DNA of 64,000 nucleotides from Octopus vulgaris (GCA_951406725.2 OX597820.1:14012001-14076000), one strand, 5' to 3'; shown: positions 14,119-28,090, numbered from the stretch's first letter. Numbers and translations are program-made. Notes: a model not told the origin generated them from the letters alone.

Positions 14119-15049
14119 TCAGTATTATTATTATTGTTGTTGTTATTGTTGTTGCTGTCATTGTCGTTGCTAAAGACAACTTCATGATCATCATCATAAT
14201 CATAATCACAATAATGATCCTATAATTATTTTTATCATCATCATCATCATCATTATCGTCATCATCATCATGAACATCATTTTTTTTTTATTCATCATCA
14301 TTATACGGGATCCACCCCTTTAATTTCTACTCTCTCATAGACTGAACATCTTCCCAGCCCCATCCCATCCCACCTGTCTCTTCTCCATTACAACAACCAC
14401 TCTCCTATCACACTTCATTCATTACCCTTTGTTGTTGTTCTTGTTGTTGTTGTTGTTGCTGTCCCATTTATTATGATATCTCTCTTCTCATTCTGGTTCC
14501 CGCCTTCACTTTTGTCCTTTTAAGGTTTCACTTATCTTAGTTGCTGTCTGCCACTCCCCCTCCCATCATTAATTTAGGAAATATTAATTCCTACTTTCAC
14601 TTTCGTTATCCCTACCTCCGCCCCGCCCCCTGTAATTATTAACTGTCTCACAGAGTGGTTAATTCACAACTGTTTTACAAGGTGGGAAGAGGAGAAAAGG
14701 AGGAGGAGGAGGCAAACGAGTGAAGGGAAGAAGAAAGGACAAGAGGAGAAGGAAGAGACGAAGGATGAGAAGATGATGATGATGATGAGGAGGAGGAGGA
14801 GGAGGAGGAGGAGGAGAGGAGAATGATGATGATGAGGAGGAGGAGGAGACTGATGATGATGATGATGATGATGATGATGAGGAGAAGAAGAAGAAGAAGA
14901 AGAAGAAGAAGAAGAAAGCGAAGAAGGAGGAGGAGGAGAAGAAGAAGAAGAAGAAGAAGAAGAAGAAGAAGAAGAAGAAGAAGAAGAAGAAGAATGAAGA
15001 ATGAAGAAGAGAAGAAAAAGAAGATCAAAACATAATGATAATAATAATC

Positions 15050-15255
15050 CATTCCAATTTTGGTGCAAGGCCAGGAATTTTGATGGGAAGGGGCTTTTGT
15101 CAATTACATCAAGCAGGGTATTTGACCGGTACTTTATTTTATTGATCTGAAAAGAATGAAAGGCAAAGCTGGTTTTGGTGGAATTTGAACTCAGAATGTC
15201 AAACCAGAAGAACCACACTGCTAAGCATTTTGCTCAGTATGCTAATGATTCTGCC
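15050..15255 (-). mobile_element. SINE family A
   Basis: Matches the 4157-4388 family, with the alternative 3' end. Confidence 0.75.
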
Positions 15256-15565
15256 ATGGAGACCTGAGAATTGAGATCGCAAAGATGTGGCAGCTACGAG
15301 AGTCAAACATAAAGGTTATCCCTTTTGTCATCGGAGCATTGGGTTCAATACCACCCAATCTGAAAAAAACATTCAGCAAACCTTAGAAATACCCTACAAT
15401 CTAGATGTATTGCAAACATTGGTGTTACTTGGAACTGCATGCATATTGTGTAAAGTACTGTCTGTCTGAGGTCCTTGTTGTGACTTGACAGACGGTACAA
15501 ACTCCCGGTAGACACAATATCTTCAATCAACAACCTCACGATATTGTATACTGTGCGACATCTAT
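15256..15565 (+). mobile_element. R4/Dong-like 3' end (RLE C-terminus plus 3'UTR)
   Basis: DLRIEIAKMWQL..LQTLVLLGTACILCKVLSV*, followed by (TAA)n at 15567-15630. Confidence 0.8.
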
Positions 15566-15569
15566 GATG

Positions 15570-15621
<52 letters not shown>

Positions 15622-15954
15622 TAATAATAATGAAACTTTCTATTATAGGCACAAGGCCAGAAAGTTGGAGGGAAGGGTTAAGTTGATTACATTGACCCCA
15701 GTGTTTCACTGGTACTTAATTTATGAACCCTTGAAAAGATGAAAGACAAAGTTGACCTAGACAGAATTTGAACTCAGACTGTAGAGATGGGCGAAATTCC
15801 ACTAAGCATTTTGCCCGGTTTGCTAACGGTTCTGCCAGCTCATCACCACATAATGATAATAATAATAATAATAATAATGATGTTAATAATAGTAATAATA
15901 AGAGGAAAAATATTGGTACAACTACAAACCTGAAGGCATCATCGAAAATAGAAA

Positions 15955-16405
15955 TGCAAAGATCCTATGAGATTTTATGATTCAGTGTGACCATGAGATA
16001 GAGAATAGGAAGCCAAACATAGTCTTAATTGAGAAAGAAAACAAACTATGCTGGATCATAGATATAGCATGCCCAGCTGACAACAAGGTATACAATAAGG
16101 AAGAAAGAAAAGTCGAGAGATATGACAGGTTAGCTTGGGAAGTTAAGCAGTTGTGGTTGATGAAAAAGGTGGTAGTATTACCAATAATTATCGGAGCCCT
16201 GGGAATGGTGAGCAAAAAGCTCGAGAAATATGAGGAACGAACAGGGGCTTCAATAAGGGTGGAGCGCTTGCAGAAAACAGCACCACTTGGAACCACTTGA
16301 ATATTCTGGAAAGTGCTTGAAAAATAAGAGGTGTTACCTTAGTTCACTGGTAGCGAACAACTGACACCGAAGTACATCTCCAGCATTAGAAGCTGTGCAA
16401 AGACA
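15955..16405 (+). mobile_element. R4/Dong-like 3' fragment (RLE)
   Basis: IQCDHEIENRKPNIVLIEKENKLCWIIDIACPAD..KEERKVERYDRLAWE..PIIIGALG..LQKTAPLGT; followed by (TAG)n(TAA)n. Confidence 0.88.
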
Positions 16406-16429
16406 ACGACAATAGTAGTAGTAGTAGTA

Positions 16430-16475
<46 letters not shown>

Positions 16476-16476
<1 letters not shown>

Positions 16477-16928
16477 CCTTTCTACTATAGGCACAAGGCC
16501 TGAAATTTGTGGGGAGGGCATTAGTTGATTAAATTGATCCCAGTGTTCAACTGTTACTTATTTTATTGACCCTGAAAGGATGAAAGGCAAAGTCGACCTT
16601 GGCAGAATTTGAACTCAGAACGTAAAGACAAATGAAATGCTGCTGAAGCATTTTGTCCAGTGTGCTAACGATTCTGCCAGCTCATCACCTTTATTCGACA
16701 AATAATAATCCTTCCTACTCTAGGTAGAAGACTTGAAATTTTGGAGGAAGGAGGCTAATTGATTACATGGACTCCAGTACTCAAATGGTACTTATTTTAT
16801 CAACCAACCCCTGAAAGGATGAAATGCAAAGTCAACCTCGGCGGAATTTGAACTCAAATTGTAAAAGCAGGTGAAATGCTACTAGGCGTTTTGCCCAGCA
16901 TGCTAATGATTCTGCCAGGTCATCACCT
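16476..16928 (-). mobile_element. Two head-to-tail SINE family A copies
   Basis: Repeated ggatgaaaggcaaagtcgacc...gaatttgaactca...ctgccag. Confidence 0.8.
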
Positions 16929-17067
16929 TTATAATAACAACAACAAAGATAACGATAATAATAATAAACAGAAGGGGAGGAGGAGGGGGAGGGGTAGAAG
17001 GGAGAAGGGGAGGAGGAGGGGAGGAGGAGAAGGAGGAGGAGAAGAAGAAGAAGAAGAAGAAGAAGAA

Positions 17068-17099
<32 letters not shown>

Positions 17100-18089
17100 A
17101 GAACAACAACAACAACAGAGAGAAGGAGGCAGAAAAAAAGAGGAAGGAATATGAAGAGAGAGATGGGTGAAAAAGAAAAACTGGAGGAGAAAGAGGCAAG
17201 AAAGAAAGAAAGAAAGAAAGAAAGGAAGAATGAAAGAAAGAAAGAGAAAAGGAAGTGAGAGAGAGAGAGAGTGAAAGAGAAAGAAAGAGGAAGAAAGCAA
17301 GAGAGAGAGAGAAGGAGAATAAAAAAAAGTGATGGAAGAAAGGAAAAAGAAAGAAGAGAAACAAGAAAAAGAAGAAACCGAATAACATTGGTATGGTGGG
17401 GGGTGCAGTTTCTATTAATTGAGGGGGGGAAATGATGAATAATTAATTAGAGCCCAATTAAGTTGGGGGGCAGGGAATGGATTATTGTGTTATTGCTTGT
17501 TTCTTTTCTTCTTTTTCAATATTAGTAATGTTCCATCATTGAAGACTGTGTCTTTGGATTATCTTCTGCTAAATTACCCCTCAATTACATCCATTTGTTC
17601 TTTACATAGAACGAGGGGGTGGACAGGGGATTTTCATTTTATTTTGTATTTTTTTGGAGGGGGTGATGGTGGCGGCGGTGGTGGTGGTGGTGATGGTGGT
17701 GGTGATGGTGGGGGTGGGGGTGATTTTCTTTAGCAAAAATTGTATTATTTTGTTCTGATGGTTAAAGTAGTGATTAGTTGGCTGTAAAGATGTGAAGGTA
17801 AGGGGGGGACCCCCCTCTGAAAATGGGTGGGGTTTTTTTTTTAAGGGGAGAGGATGGTGGGAGATGGGCTTTTAATGTTAATGGTGTGGATGGTGGTGGT
17901 GGTGGTGGTGGTGGTGGATGTTACCCATAGCGCTGATGAGGACAATGATGATGATGATGGTTGTGGGGGCAGGCATGGTACTGTTGGTGATGGTGGTGGA
18001 TATGGTGGCAGTGGGACAGTGGTAGTGGTGGTGGTGGTGGGAAATATCAGTGATAGTGATAATGACAGTGAGTTGGGGGTTGGGAAGTG

Positions 18090-18620
18090 CTGACAATAGT
18101 AGTGGTGATGATGGTAGTGGTGCTGGTGTTATGGTGGTAGTGATGGTAGTGGGGATGGTGGCAGGAGCAGTGGCTGTGAAGATGGTGGTGAGGGAGGATA
18201 GTGGTGTTGGTGTCAGGGACGGTGGTGGTAATGGTGAAGATGTCCATGGTGCTAGTGGTAGGAAATGGTACTATTGGCAATGTTAGTGGAGATGGTAATG
18301 GTGGTGGTGGTGGTAGTGGTGGTGGTGGTGGTAGTAATGGTGGTGGTGATGATGGTGGTGATGGTGTTGGTGGTGATGGTAGTTGTAGTGGTGGTGGTGA
18401 TGGTGGTGGTGGCGGTGGTGGTGGTAATGGTGGTGATGGTGGTAGTGGTAATTGTGGTGGTGATGGTGATGGTGATGGCAGCAATGGTGGTGGTGGTGGT
18501 GGTAATGGTGGTGGTGGTGGTTGTGGTGGTGGCGGCGGTGGCGGCAATGGTGGTTGTGGTGGTAATATGGTGGTGGTGGTAATATGGTGGTGGTGGTGAT
18601 GGTGGTGGTGGTGGTGGCAG
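18090..18620. repeat. (GGT)n trinucleotide mosaic
   Basis: Seen directly. Confidence 0.93.
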
Positions 18621-20156
18621 TGGTGTCCTGCCAAAATATGATAAAAATAATGCAAGTGAAAGGTGTCAACCAATGGTAATCGAATTTTTTTTTTTAGACT
18701 TTACATTGTTTTAGTATTTTCCTTTCTAAATACAAATAAAAATACGATAAAGAAAATACAAGAATTATTTTTTTCCATATATTGAAGAAAAAAAATAAAC
18801 AAATAAAGCGAAAATAATAAAAACAGTTTTGTTGTTGCTGTCGTTGTTGTTGCTGTTAATGCTGTTGCTATTGTTGTTGTTGTTGTTATTGTTGTTGTAC
18901 TTTAATTGTCTGAAGAGGAGGTGTTGCAGCCACTGTCTTTCAAACTCTAAAAACCCATGTAATTTGCGCACCTGTGTAATTTACGCACCTGAGTAATTTA
19001 CGCAGGTGAGGTTATTGTGTTTAAAACGTTCAGATTTGTATGGCTGGGGCAGTAAAATAAGACATAAAAAAAAAAAACTGGATAAATTATATATATTAAT
19101 TTTTTTTTTTTTAATGTAAATGAAAAGAAAAACAGCCAGAAGATGGTAAAAAAAAAAAAAAAAAAGAATAAGTGAAAGATAAGAATTAATGCAAAAAAAA
19201 ATACAAAAACACAAAACAAAACAGATAAATACGCACAGGTGTTGCAAAATAAGTTTAATTACCAATGGATGACACTTTACTCAACCAAGTAAAATATGTA
19301 AAATATGTCCCAGAGTGGTAGCAGCAGCAGAAATATTATCATAATTGTCAGCCTCGTTATCATAATTTTTTGTCATTATAATCATTATTTCTTTGACGTC
19401 CTTCCCAGTAATGCCCACCCTACACCTTTTGTCCAATGTTGTGGTGGGTTGACTAGGTATGAAAATGAACATTCTTCCTTCTACATTTCTCAGCTCTGAA
19501 TACATGATATGATGACAATACTAACTACCATAAAAACCCATGTAATTTGCGCACCTGTGTAATTTATGCACCTGAGTAATTTACGCAGGTGATTTTCAGG
19601 ATAAAACTTGTTAAAAAGAGCTTCAACTCATGTAAAATTCGCATTCCAAAGTTTTTGAAATTGCTGATATTGCCAGGAGAAACAGGTTTTCAGTTTATTT
19701 ATATTTAACATAGTTTCACTTACTTATGATTAAATTTTATTAAATTTTCATTAAATAACATTTCTGTTTAACAGGTATCACACTAAAAGCTATTAAATTA
19801 CAAAATGTTTGTGTTGTTTATAATAAACTTTATTTTACATTTCTTGCCCACAAGAGATTATTATGTCCGATCTTTAGCATATTGCTGTGTGTCTTCTCAA
19901 ATCACGATCACAGGAAAAAACGTTTGATAAGAATTATCAACAAAAACAAAGCTGATAAATATTATCAGCTTTGAAATTATGAAATTTATAGACTCCGAAA
20001 GGATGACAAGCAAAGTCGACCTTGGCGGAATATGAACTCAGAATGTAGAGACGGGTGAAATACCGCTAAGTATTTCGTCCAGCACGCTGACAACTCTGCC
20101 AGCTTGCCACCTTCAATAATAATGATAATAATAATAATAATAACAATAACAATAAC

Positions 20157-20248
<92 letters not shown>

Positions 20249-21338
20249 TAATAATAATAATAATAACCACAATAGATTATTTGATCAAGCAAATTTAATA
20301 TTTTTTTTTCTTTTGATGCGAATCTCTGTGTATGTGGTTGCTGTATCCATCCCCCAGTTCTACCCAAGATGTCTACTTGATATTTCTTCAACTCTTTGAT
20401 GTACCAAATTAAATTTGAACATACCAAGATCCAGTATAGGCTTTTATCTTGGATATCAAAAGATCTTCTATCAAATTGCTTACTACCAACTGGGTTTGGC
20501 AAAGCAGTGATCATTGAACCAGATATTTGTTTTATGGGTGTCTTTCTTTTAATCAACCTTATTTTAATCATTGTTTGTAGTTTCTGGCCCGGTGGTTACA
20601 GTGCAGAGTTCACAATCTTGGTAGTGTAGGTTCAGTTCCTGGACCGAGTGGTGTGTTGTGTCTTTGAGAAAGCCACTTTCGTTTCGTGTCACGTTGATTC
20701 TATCGGCTGAAAACGAACGCCAGCCGGGTGGGATACGATCCCTTGTTCCTCCATCCAGCTATCACGTCTTTGGTAGTCTCACGTCTTTGGTAGTCTGCTG
20801 GGTCGAGATTGGGAGAACTGAGACCGTGTCTGAGCCTACTCATGACATTATAATTGTCATCATCATTATCCTCCTCCTCATCATCATCATCATCACCACC
20901 ACCATCATCATCATCGTCGTCATCATCATCACCATCACTGTCATCGTCATTGTCATCATCATCATCATTATCATCATCCTCATCGTCACCATCGCCACCA
21001 CCATCATCATCATCAACATCATCATAAGCATCACCATCATCACCACTATCATCATTGCCATCGTCATCATTGTTGCCATTGTTATCATCATCATCATCAT
21101 GTAACATCTGCCTTCCATGCTGGCATGGTTTTGGCAGTTTGACAGGATCCAACAAACTGCTCAAAGTGTTCAGCTCTGTTGTCAGCTTTGGCAGGGTTTC
21201 AATGGCTGGATGCCCTTCCTCATGCCAACCCCTTTACAGTGTGGACTGGGTACTTTTCTATTAACACTGGCACTAATGAGGTCACAAAATTCACAAGACA
21301 AAGAAAAAAAAACCCTCAACAGAGTGGAGTTGTAGTGT

Positions 21339-21750
21339 TATGTTATGTGTAGTTTGTCCGTCAATGCGATGAAGATGATCTAGTCATCCTGGGGTGGGGG
21401 TGGGCCTGCTTTGTGAGTCCACAGATGGCTAGTGAGGTCAATCTGTGCCCAAAAGATTCTTTGTCAGTGTGGATAGGGAACAATAGTGCCTGCTACAGGG
21501 TTGTTAGCTCTGTTCTTCCTGGCTTGTCTGCGGTCTTCTGCAGCAGCGATCCTATTGGTCTCACATGTGTTGGCACCCCTGTGGACAGCTGATCGCCACC
21601 CTTCTGTGTCTAGAGCAGACTGCTCCCAAGTGTCGTGGTCAATGTTGAAGGCTTTTCAGTGAAAGCTTTCAGTGTGTCCTTAAAAAGTGTTATGGTGATG
21701 TTAAAGGCTTTTCAGTGAAGGCTTTCAGTGTGTCCTAAAAAAACCCAAAA
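21339..21750 (-). mobile_element. RTE-clade LINE 3' end, 5'-truncated, with 11-bp TSD
   Basis: Minus-strand translation FKDTLKA/AFNIDHDTWEQSALDTEGWRSAVHRGANTCETNRIAAAEDRRQARKNR..PH*QRIFWAQIDLTSHLWTH (RTE C-terminus with decayed C2H2 finger); TSD agttgtagtgt at 21328-21338 and 21751-21761. Confidence 0.85.
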
Positions 21751-22850
21751 AGTTGTAGTGTAAAGGGCATCTGGATAGTTTAAGAAGATCTGGTAAACCA
21801 GAGGAGTGTATCAAGCTCCAACTGTCTGTTTTGACATGGTTTCTATAGCTGGATGCCCTTCCTAATGCCAACAGAGTGCACTGGGTGCTTTTTATGTAGC
21901 ACTATCACCAGTGCTTTTTACATGGCACCAGCGCCCACACCACTACTTTTTACATGGCACCAGCGCCCACACCACTACTTTTTACATGGCTTTAGGATTT
22001 CAATTCTGTAGTGGTGGGCAGGTCTTCTTGAGTACAGCAATGCACCACATGTCTCAGTCCTTTGTTATCTCCTCTGTAAGGTTCAGCTTTTTGAGATTGG
22101 CCCTCAATACGTTGTCCTATGTCTGCCTGGGTTTTCTTCTCCCACAATTTCCCTCCATTTTAAGTGGCCAGCACCTCTTAATGCAACTCTCCTCATCCAT
22201 CCGCATCACAACAAACTTCCTTCAGTTTCCGTCTACCAAATCTGCTCACAAAGCTTTAGTCAGCCTGAGGCCATAGTAGAAGACACTCGCCCAAGGTACC
22301 ACACAGTGAGGGATTGAACCCAGAACCATGTGGTCGAAAAACAAACTTCTTACCACACAAACGTTATCAAAATCACAAATTATTCCTTTCATCATACATT
22401 TTACCTCCCTGTAAAAGAATGGAATAAACGAATTCAAAGATAGTTATTTCTTCCTATTTTGACAATTCTGCCATTCTAGGAAATTTCCAGAACCTGTGTT
22501 TTCGTTAATCTTCCTGTTTCAATCCTGATCTCCAAGATATATCATTTATTCTTTATTATTCTTTGTTATTCTGGCAGAATGGAAAGCTAAAGTTGCTTGG
22601 GTGTTGTAAATAAAGTGTTTTTATTACTTGGCCATGTAATTTGTGGAAAAATTGCCAGGCAGCTTGAGAGATTGCTTTATAAACATAGGGATGGATGCAG
22701 GCAGTGGTTTCTCGAACCAAATGTATAATAGGCAATGTGTAAACGTATATATATAAATGTATAATGCATATGGCATATAGGTGAAAGTGGATATAAAACA
22801 TTCTATACATGATATGCTCACAAATGCACAAATTCTCAAATGTACATATA

Positions 22851-22906
<56 letters not shown>

Positions 22907-23239
22907 ATATATGTACATATATAGGTGTATACATATTTATATTATTTGCATGTACACACACACACACACATGCATGTGCACACACGTATGCACATATATA
23001 TACATATACATATATTCTTTTATTCTTTTATTGCTTCAGTCATTTGACTGAGGCCATGCTGGAACACTGCCTTTAGTCGATCAAATCGACCCTAGGACTT
23101 ATTCTTTGTAAGCCTAGTACTTATTCTATTGGTCTCTTTTGCCGAACCACTAACTTACGCCAACATCGGTTGTCAAGCAATGGGGTGGGGACAAACACAG
23201 ACACACAAACATATACACATACATATATATGTATGTATG

Positions 23240-23289
<50 letters not shown>

Positions 23290-23324
23290 GACATTATATA
23301 TATATATATGTATATAGTTAATAT

Positions 23325-23441
23325 CACGTGATCACGTGACCGACCAGCCCATCAGATGTTGTTACACATCGCTGGTCACAATGCGTTCGCATTGTTTTAG
23401 CCTTCGAATAACGCCACCCCGCTGGCTAAGCGAGCAGGCCA
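23325..23441 (-). mobile_element. Short structured retroposed fragment
   Basis: Flanked by atatagttaatat (23312-23324 and 23442-23454); tandem cacgtgat-like end; internal hairpins. Confidence 0.55.
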
Positions 23442-23486
23442 ATATAGTTAATATATATATATATATATGTATATAGTTAATATATA

Positions 23487-23690
23487 TAGTTAATCCAAAC
23501 ATGAAACACAAAGAGAAAACACAACAACATGAGGACGTGGAACAAGTATAGTGTTATTGGACAAGAAAGAAAGAAGGAGGATTTAACGTTTAGAGTGGAG
23601 CTCTTCGTCAGAAAAATAGGAAAAGGAAAAATCCAAGGAAGGGAAGATGGAGGGAAAAATCGCCAACGATTCACATGCGGTCACATATTG
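23487..23690 (-). mobile_element. Penelope-like terminal-repeat fragment with mutated hammerhead
   Basis: Homologous to 47817-47985; minus strand CUGACGA-A-GAG..CUC-UAAA-CG-UU (GAAA changed to UAAA) at 23581-23615; embedded in (TA)n. Confidence 0.6.
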
Positions 23691-24255
23691 AATATGTATA
23701 TATATGTATATATATGTATATACATACATATATATATGTATATATATGTATATGTATATGTATATACATATATATATATATATATATAAGTTTAACAATA
23801 AGGGACCTTAACAAGAAATTATCGGGTAGTTAGCGTGAAAACCTCATAAAAGAAAAGAATTCGAAAATAATTTTTTTCTCTTGAACAAATTAATTATATC
23901 TATATTGTATAGAGGGCATTATTACACATAAATGCCTCACACTAAGAGGGACAAAGTCATTACTACCAAAAGTATACTAATCATACCCAAATGCAGTTTT
24001 TCAAAGCAAGACATTTAAAAAATGAATTTAGTTCTGTATCACCGTGATTTCACATTCAACTTACGTCTTATGATCATCAGCAGAACTGATTCTGAACACA
24101 TCATAAATAAACTACCAACCTTACGTAGCGAAGACGAACAGACAACTGCTCACTCCGGCCAAGCACATGGAATGTTTATAAATCATATATCCGGTAAATG
24201 GCGGGCTTTTTACGAACTGCATGTCGGGTAATAAAAAGTATTTCAGAATAAGTTT

Positions 24256-24304
<49 letters not shown>

Positions 24305-24374
24305 ATGTGTTATTACCGTTATTGATGATATTAATAAGGTAACAATAATGTGGCCAGTAAGCTCACACCGTCAC

Positions 24375-24775
24375 AGGCAAATCTAGATTCAGTAAGGTAT
24401 ATAATACCACTTTCTAAAATCAGAGCCAATGCTCCAAAACCCACCATAAACTCACGATAAGGATATACACAAGAGCAATGCAGTGAACATATGAGAAATA
24501 GGCTTACCTTTGCATTGAATACATCAGTAAGCAGTGTATATTTCGATATCAATTGATTTCATGATTTGCATGACAAACATAATCTGCGGTCTTCAGTTGA
24601 AAATAACATTTTAACATCTGTTTCTAAGATGACAGAGAGAGGTTAGAGAGCCTGACCAATACATGTTCATTGCATTGCTTGTGTGTATCTTTATTGTGAG
24701 TTCATGGGGGTTTTGAAGCATAGGCTCTGATTTTAGCAAGTGGTATTATATACCCTACTGAATCTAGATTTGCCT
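24375..24775. mobile_element. MITE/foldback element with ~117-bp terminal inverted repeats
   Basis: 24375-24492 is the reverse complement of 24661-24775; the outer 53 bp differ at 2 positions. Confidence 0.8.
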
Positions 24776-24935
24776 CATATATATATATATATATATATAT
24801 ATGAAAAATTTTTTTTCGTAATGAGATAAAAAAAACCCAAGGCTGTGTAGATTTTAGAACATTTATAAATAGAAGGTCTTACAGATGTTTCTAGGATATT
24901 TATTATATCTCATTCCTAAGGTTTTTTCAATGTTG

Positions 24936-24977
<42 letters not shown>

Positions 24978-24978
<1 letters not shown>

Positions 24979-26680
24979 TTTTTTTTTTTCTTTCAAATTT
25001 GCTTCCATTTCTTGCCGAGTGTCTTCCCGACTCCTAGGGCAAAGAAACTCATAGCATACATTGGTAGGCCATTAAACCAAACTCAATAGTTCGTTCATTT
25101 TTTTTTTTTTTTTAAAGTTAAATTAAAATGCATGAGCAGCAACAGTTCTCACATCGACAATGCTCTTCTCAATACGTGTGATGTACCAGTTAAGACAATC
25201 TTTTGCACTTCTTGCAGGGATGGTAAGCCAGGGATCATGCTCATATAATTTTCGGTTCCCTTCTTGATCATTCCTAGTGCTCCTACGATCACTGGTATTG
25301 TAACCGCCTTGAGATGCTACATTTTCTCAATTTCAATGAGTAGGTCTTTATATTTTCTGAGCTTGTCAAACTCTTTCGCTGAGATATTATGATCACAGGG
25401 GATGCTCATGTCGATCAATAAGCAAACTTTATTGTTTTGGTCTTTCACAACAATATCTGGTTTATTGGCCTTGATGGTTCGGTCTGTATGTACTGGAAAG
25501 TCCCACAGAATGGTTACATTTTCTCCTTCAGTTACAGCCTCAGGGTGGTGATTATACCACTTGTCGGCAGTTTTGATATTGTAATACCGACTTATTAGCC
25601 AGTGGAGATATTGGCCAACTCTGTCATGTCTTAATTTATACTCCACTGGTGCTAAGACTTTACATCCAGAGATTAGGTGGTTCACTGTTTCAATCATGTC
25701 GTTGCAGAATCGGCATTTTGGGTCTGCTCCATTTTTCATCACATTGGCCTGGTAGTTCCGGGTTAATAGGCTTTGATCTTGAGCAGCCAGGATGAAACCT
25801 TCGCTCTCTGCTTTTAGCCCTGAGCTCCGTAGCCACTGATGGGTTTGCTTCTGGTCAACATCAGCTTGTTTGCTGTGAGTCACATATTTGCCGTGCAGAG
25901 GTTTCTCCTCCCACCTATCAGCCAATTGCTCGTGTGCTTTCTTCTTTGCCATCATTTTCACCTTCTTTGCAACAATAGTTGCCGTACTTCCCTCGGGTTG
26001 TTCAGTTTGGGTATCCTGCACGAGATCAATAGCAAATTTTTTGCTTTCCTTTATGATAGAATGAAGCTTCTTTCGTCTCTCGTGATTTTCCACGAGCTTT
26101 AGCATCCAGTCATTTGATATTTCGAGATATTTGGCCAGTCCAATTGTGGTTGTTTTGTAAGCTAGTTCAAATTGGATCAGGCCTCGACCTCCTTGGGCTC
26201 TGGGAAGGTAAAGGCGATCTATGTCTGCCTTTGGGTGGTACATCTTATTACAACTCAGCAGCTTGCGTATTTTTCTATCTATATTCTTTACTTCACTCAT
26301 ATTCCAGTTCAACACATTGTAGCTATAAGTAACAACTGGAACTGCTAAGGAATTTATAGCTAACACCTTGTTACGTGCATTTAGTTCAGATTTCAGGACT
26401 GCACGAACTCTCCTATAACATTCCTTCCTGATTCTCTCTTTCATGCTTGCATGCTGAATACCAGAGCCTTCATTTATCCCTAAATATTTGTATGTTTGTT
26501 CTTGTTCAAGCTCTCTTATGACTGTGTCAACATCTAACACGACTGAATTTGTGGTCTTCACTTTCCCTTTCTGGAAAGTGGCCTTGGCACACTTCTCAAG
26601 TCCAAACTCCATCCCGATGTCATTGCTGAATGCTTTCACGGTGCGCAATAGGCCTTCAAGTTCATTATTGTCTTTACCAT
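24978..26680 (-). mobile_element. 5'-truncated R4/Dong-like non-LTR retrotransposon inserted in (TAA)n
   Basis: Begins at YGKDNNELEGLL, just after where the RT MDD motif would lie; DIGMEFGLEKC, YKYLGI, GGRGL, CRFC-H-C knuckle, KPDIVV..LIDMSIP..K..KY RLE; 3'UTR with poly(A); (TTA)n on both flanks. Confidence 0.93.
25149..26678 (-). pseudogene. RT C-terminus + CCHC + RLE reading frame with one internal stop
   Basis: The 443-aa ORF ends at TAG 25317-25319, where related copies have Trp (KMW). The frame continues HLKAVTIPVIVGALGMIKKG...LTGTSHVLRRALSM to TGA at 25149-25151. Confidence 0.9.
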
Positions 26681-26687
26681 ATTATTA

Positions 26688-27347
<660 letters not shown>

Positions 27348-28090
27348 TTGTTGTTGTTGTTGTTGTTGTTGTTGTTATTATTATTATTACTATTACATGG
27401 GCAGTGAGCTGGTGGAATTATTGGTGCTACTGGACAAAATGGCTAACCACATTTCATCTGGTGTTTTACATTCTGAATTGACTTTGCCTCTCATCACCTC
27501 GGGGCTGATTAAAATAAATTTCCATCACACACATAGGTCAATGTAATCAACTTGTCCCCTCCTCCCCAAAATTCCCGGCTTCGAGCCCCAAAAATTTAGA
27601 AAGACTGATTACATCACATCACATCTCAGACATAGAAACTAAAGGTAAGTTAGAGAATACCCTGTAACCGACGGAAAAATAAACAAAGATTTTAAACTCT
27701 TAAAAATACAAGCAGAAATGTTAATTGCGCCAAATCTGTTTGGAAAACAAAACTCAATCAACGGCTAAACTGATATGTCATTTAAACGTAACCTTTCTAT
27801 GATTGAGTCAGGCCGTTATCGCAAAACCAATCTACATTGGCATCTATAGAAAAGCCTGCCCGAGAGGCAGTGTTAGAAATGCCATTGATTGTTGAATACC
27901 TCAACACATTTCAGCATTAGAAATATTGGTGCAACATTCTAATTAAAATGTCAATCAAATGCAAACACAATGGAGCTGATCGGTTCTCCAAGAAAGAAAA
28001 AGATGTGTTGTGGAATTTAGTTGCCAAGTGGACAGAAAATGTCACATTCAACATTCGAAGCTGTCGTAAAAAGAAAACATTTATGGACAA

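Noticed and set aside
20290-20571. ELKKYQVDILG resembling a LINE AP-endonuclease N-terminus
   Set aside because: Match is too short and no further motifs follow
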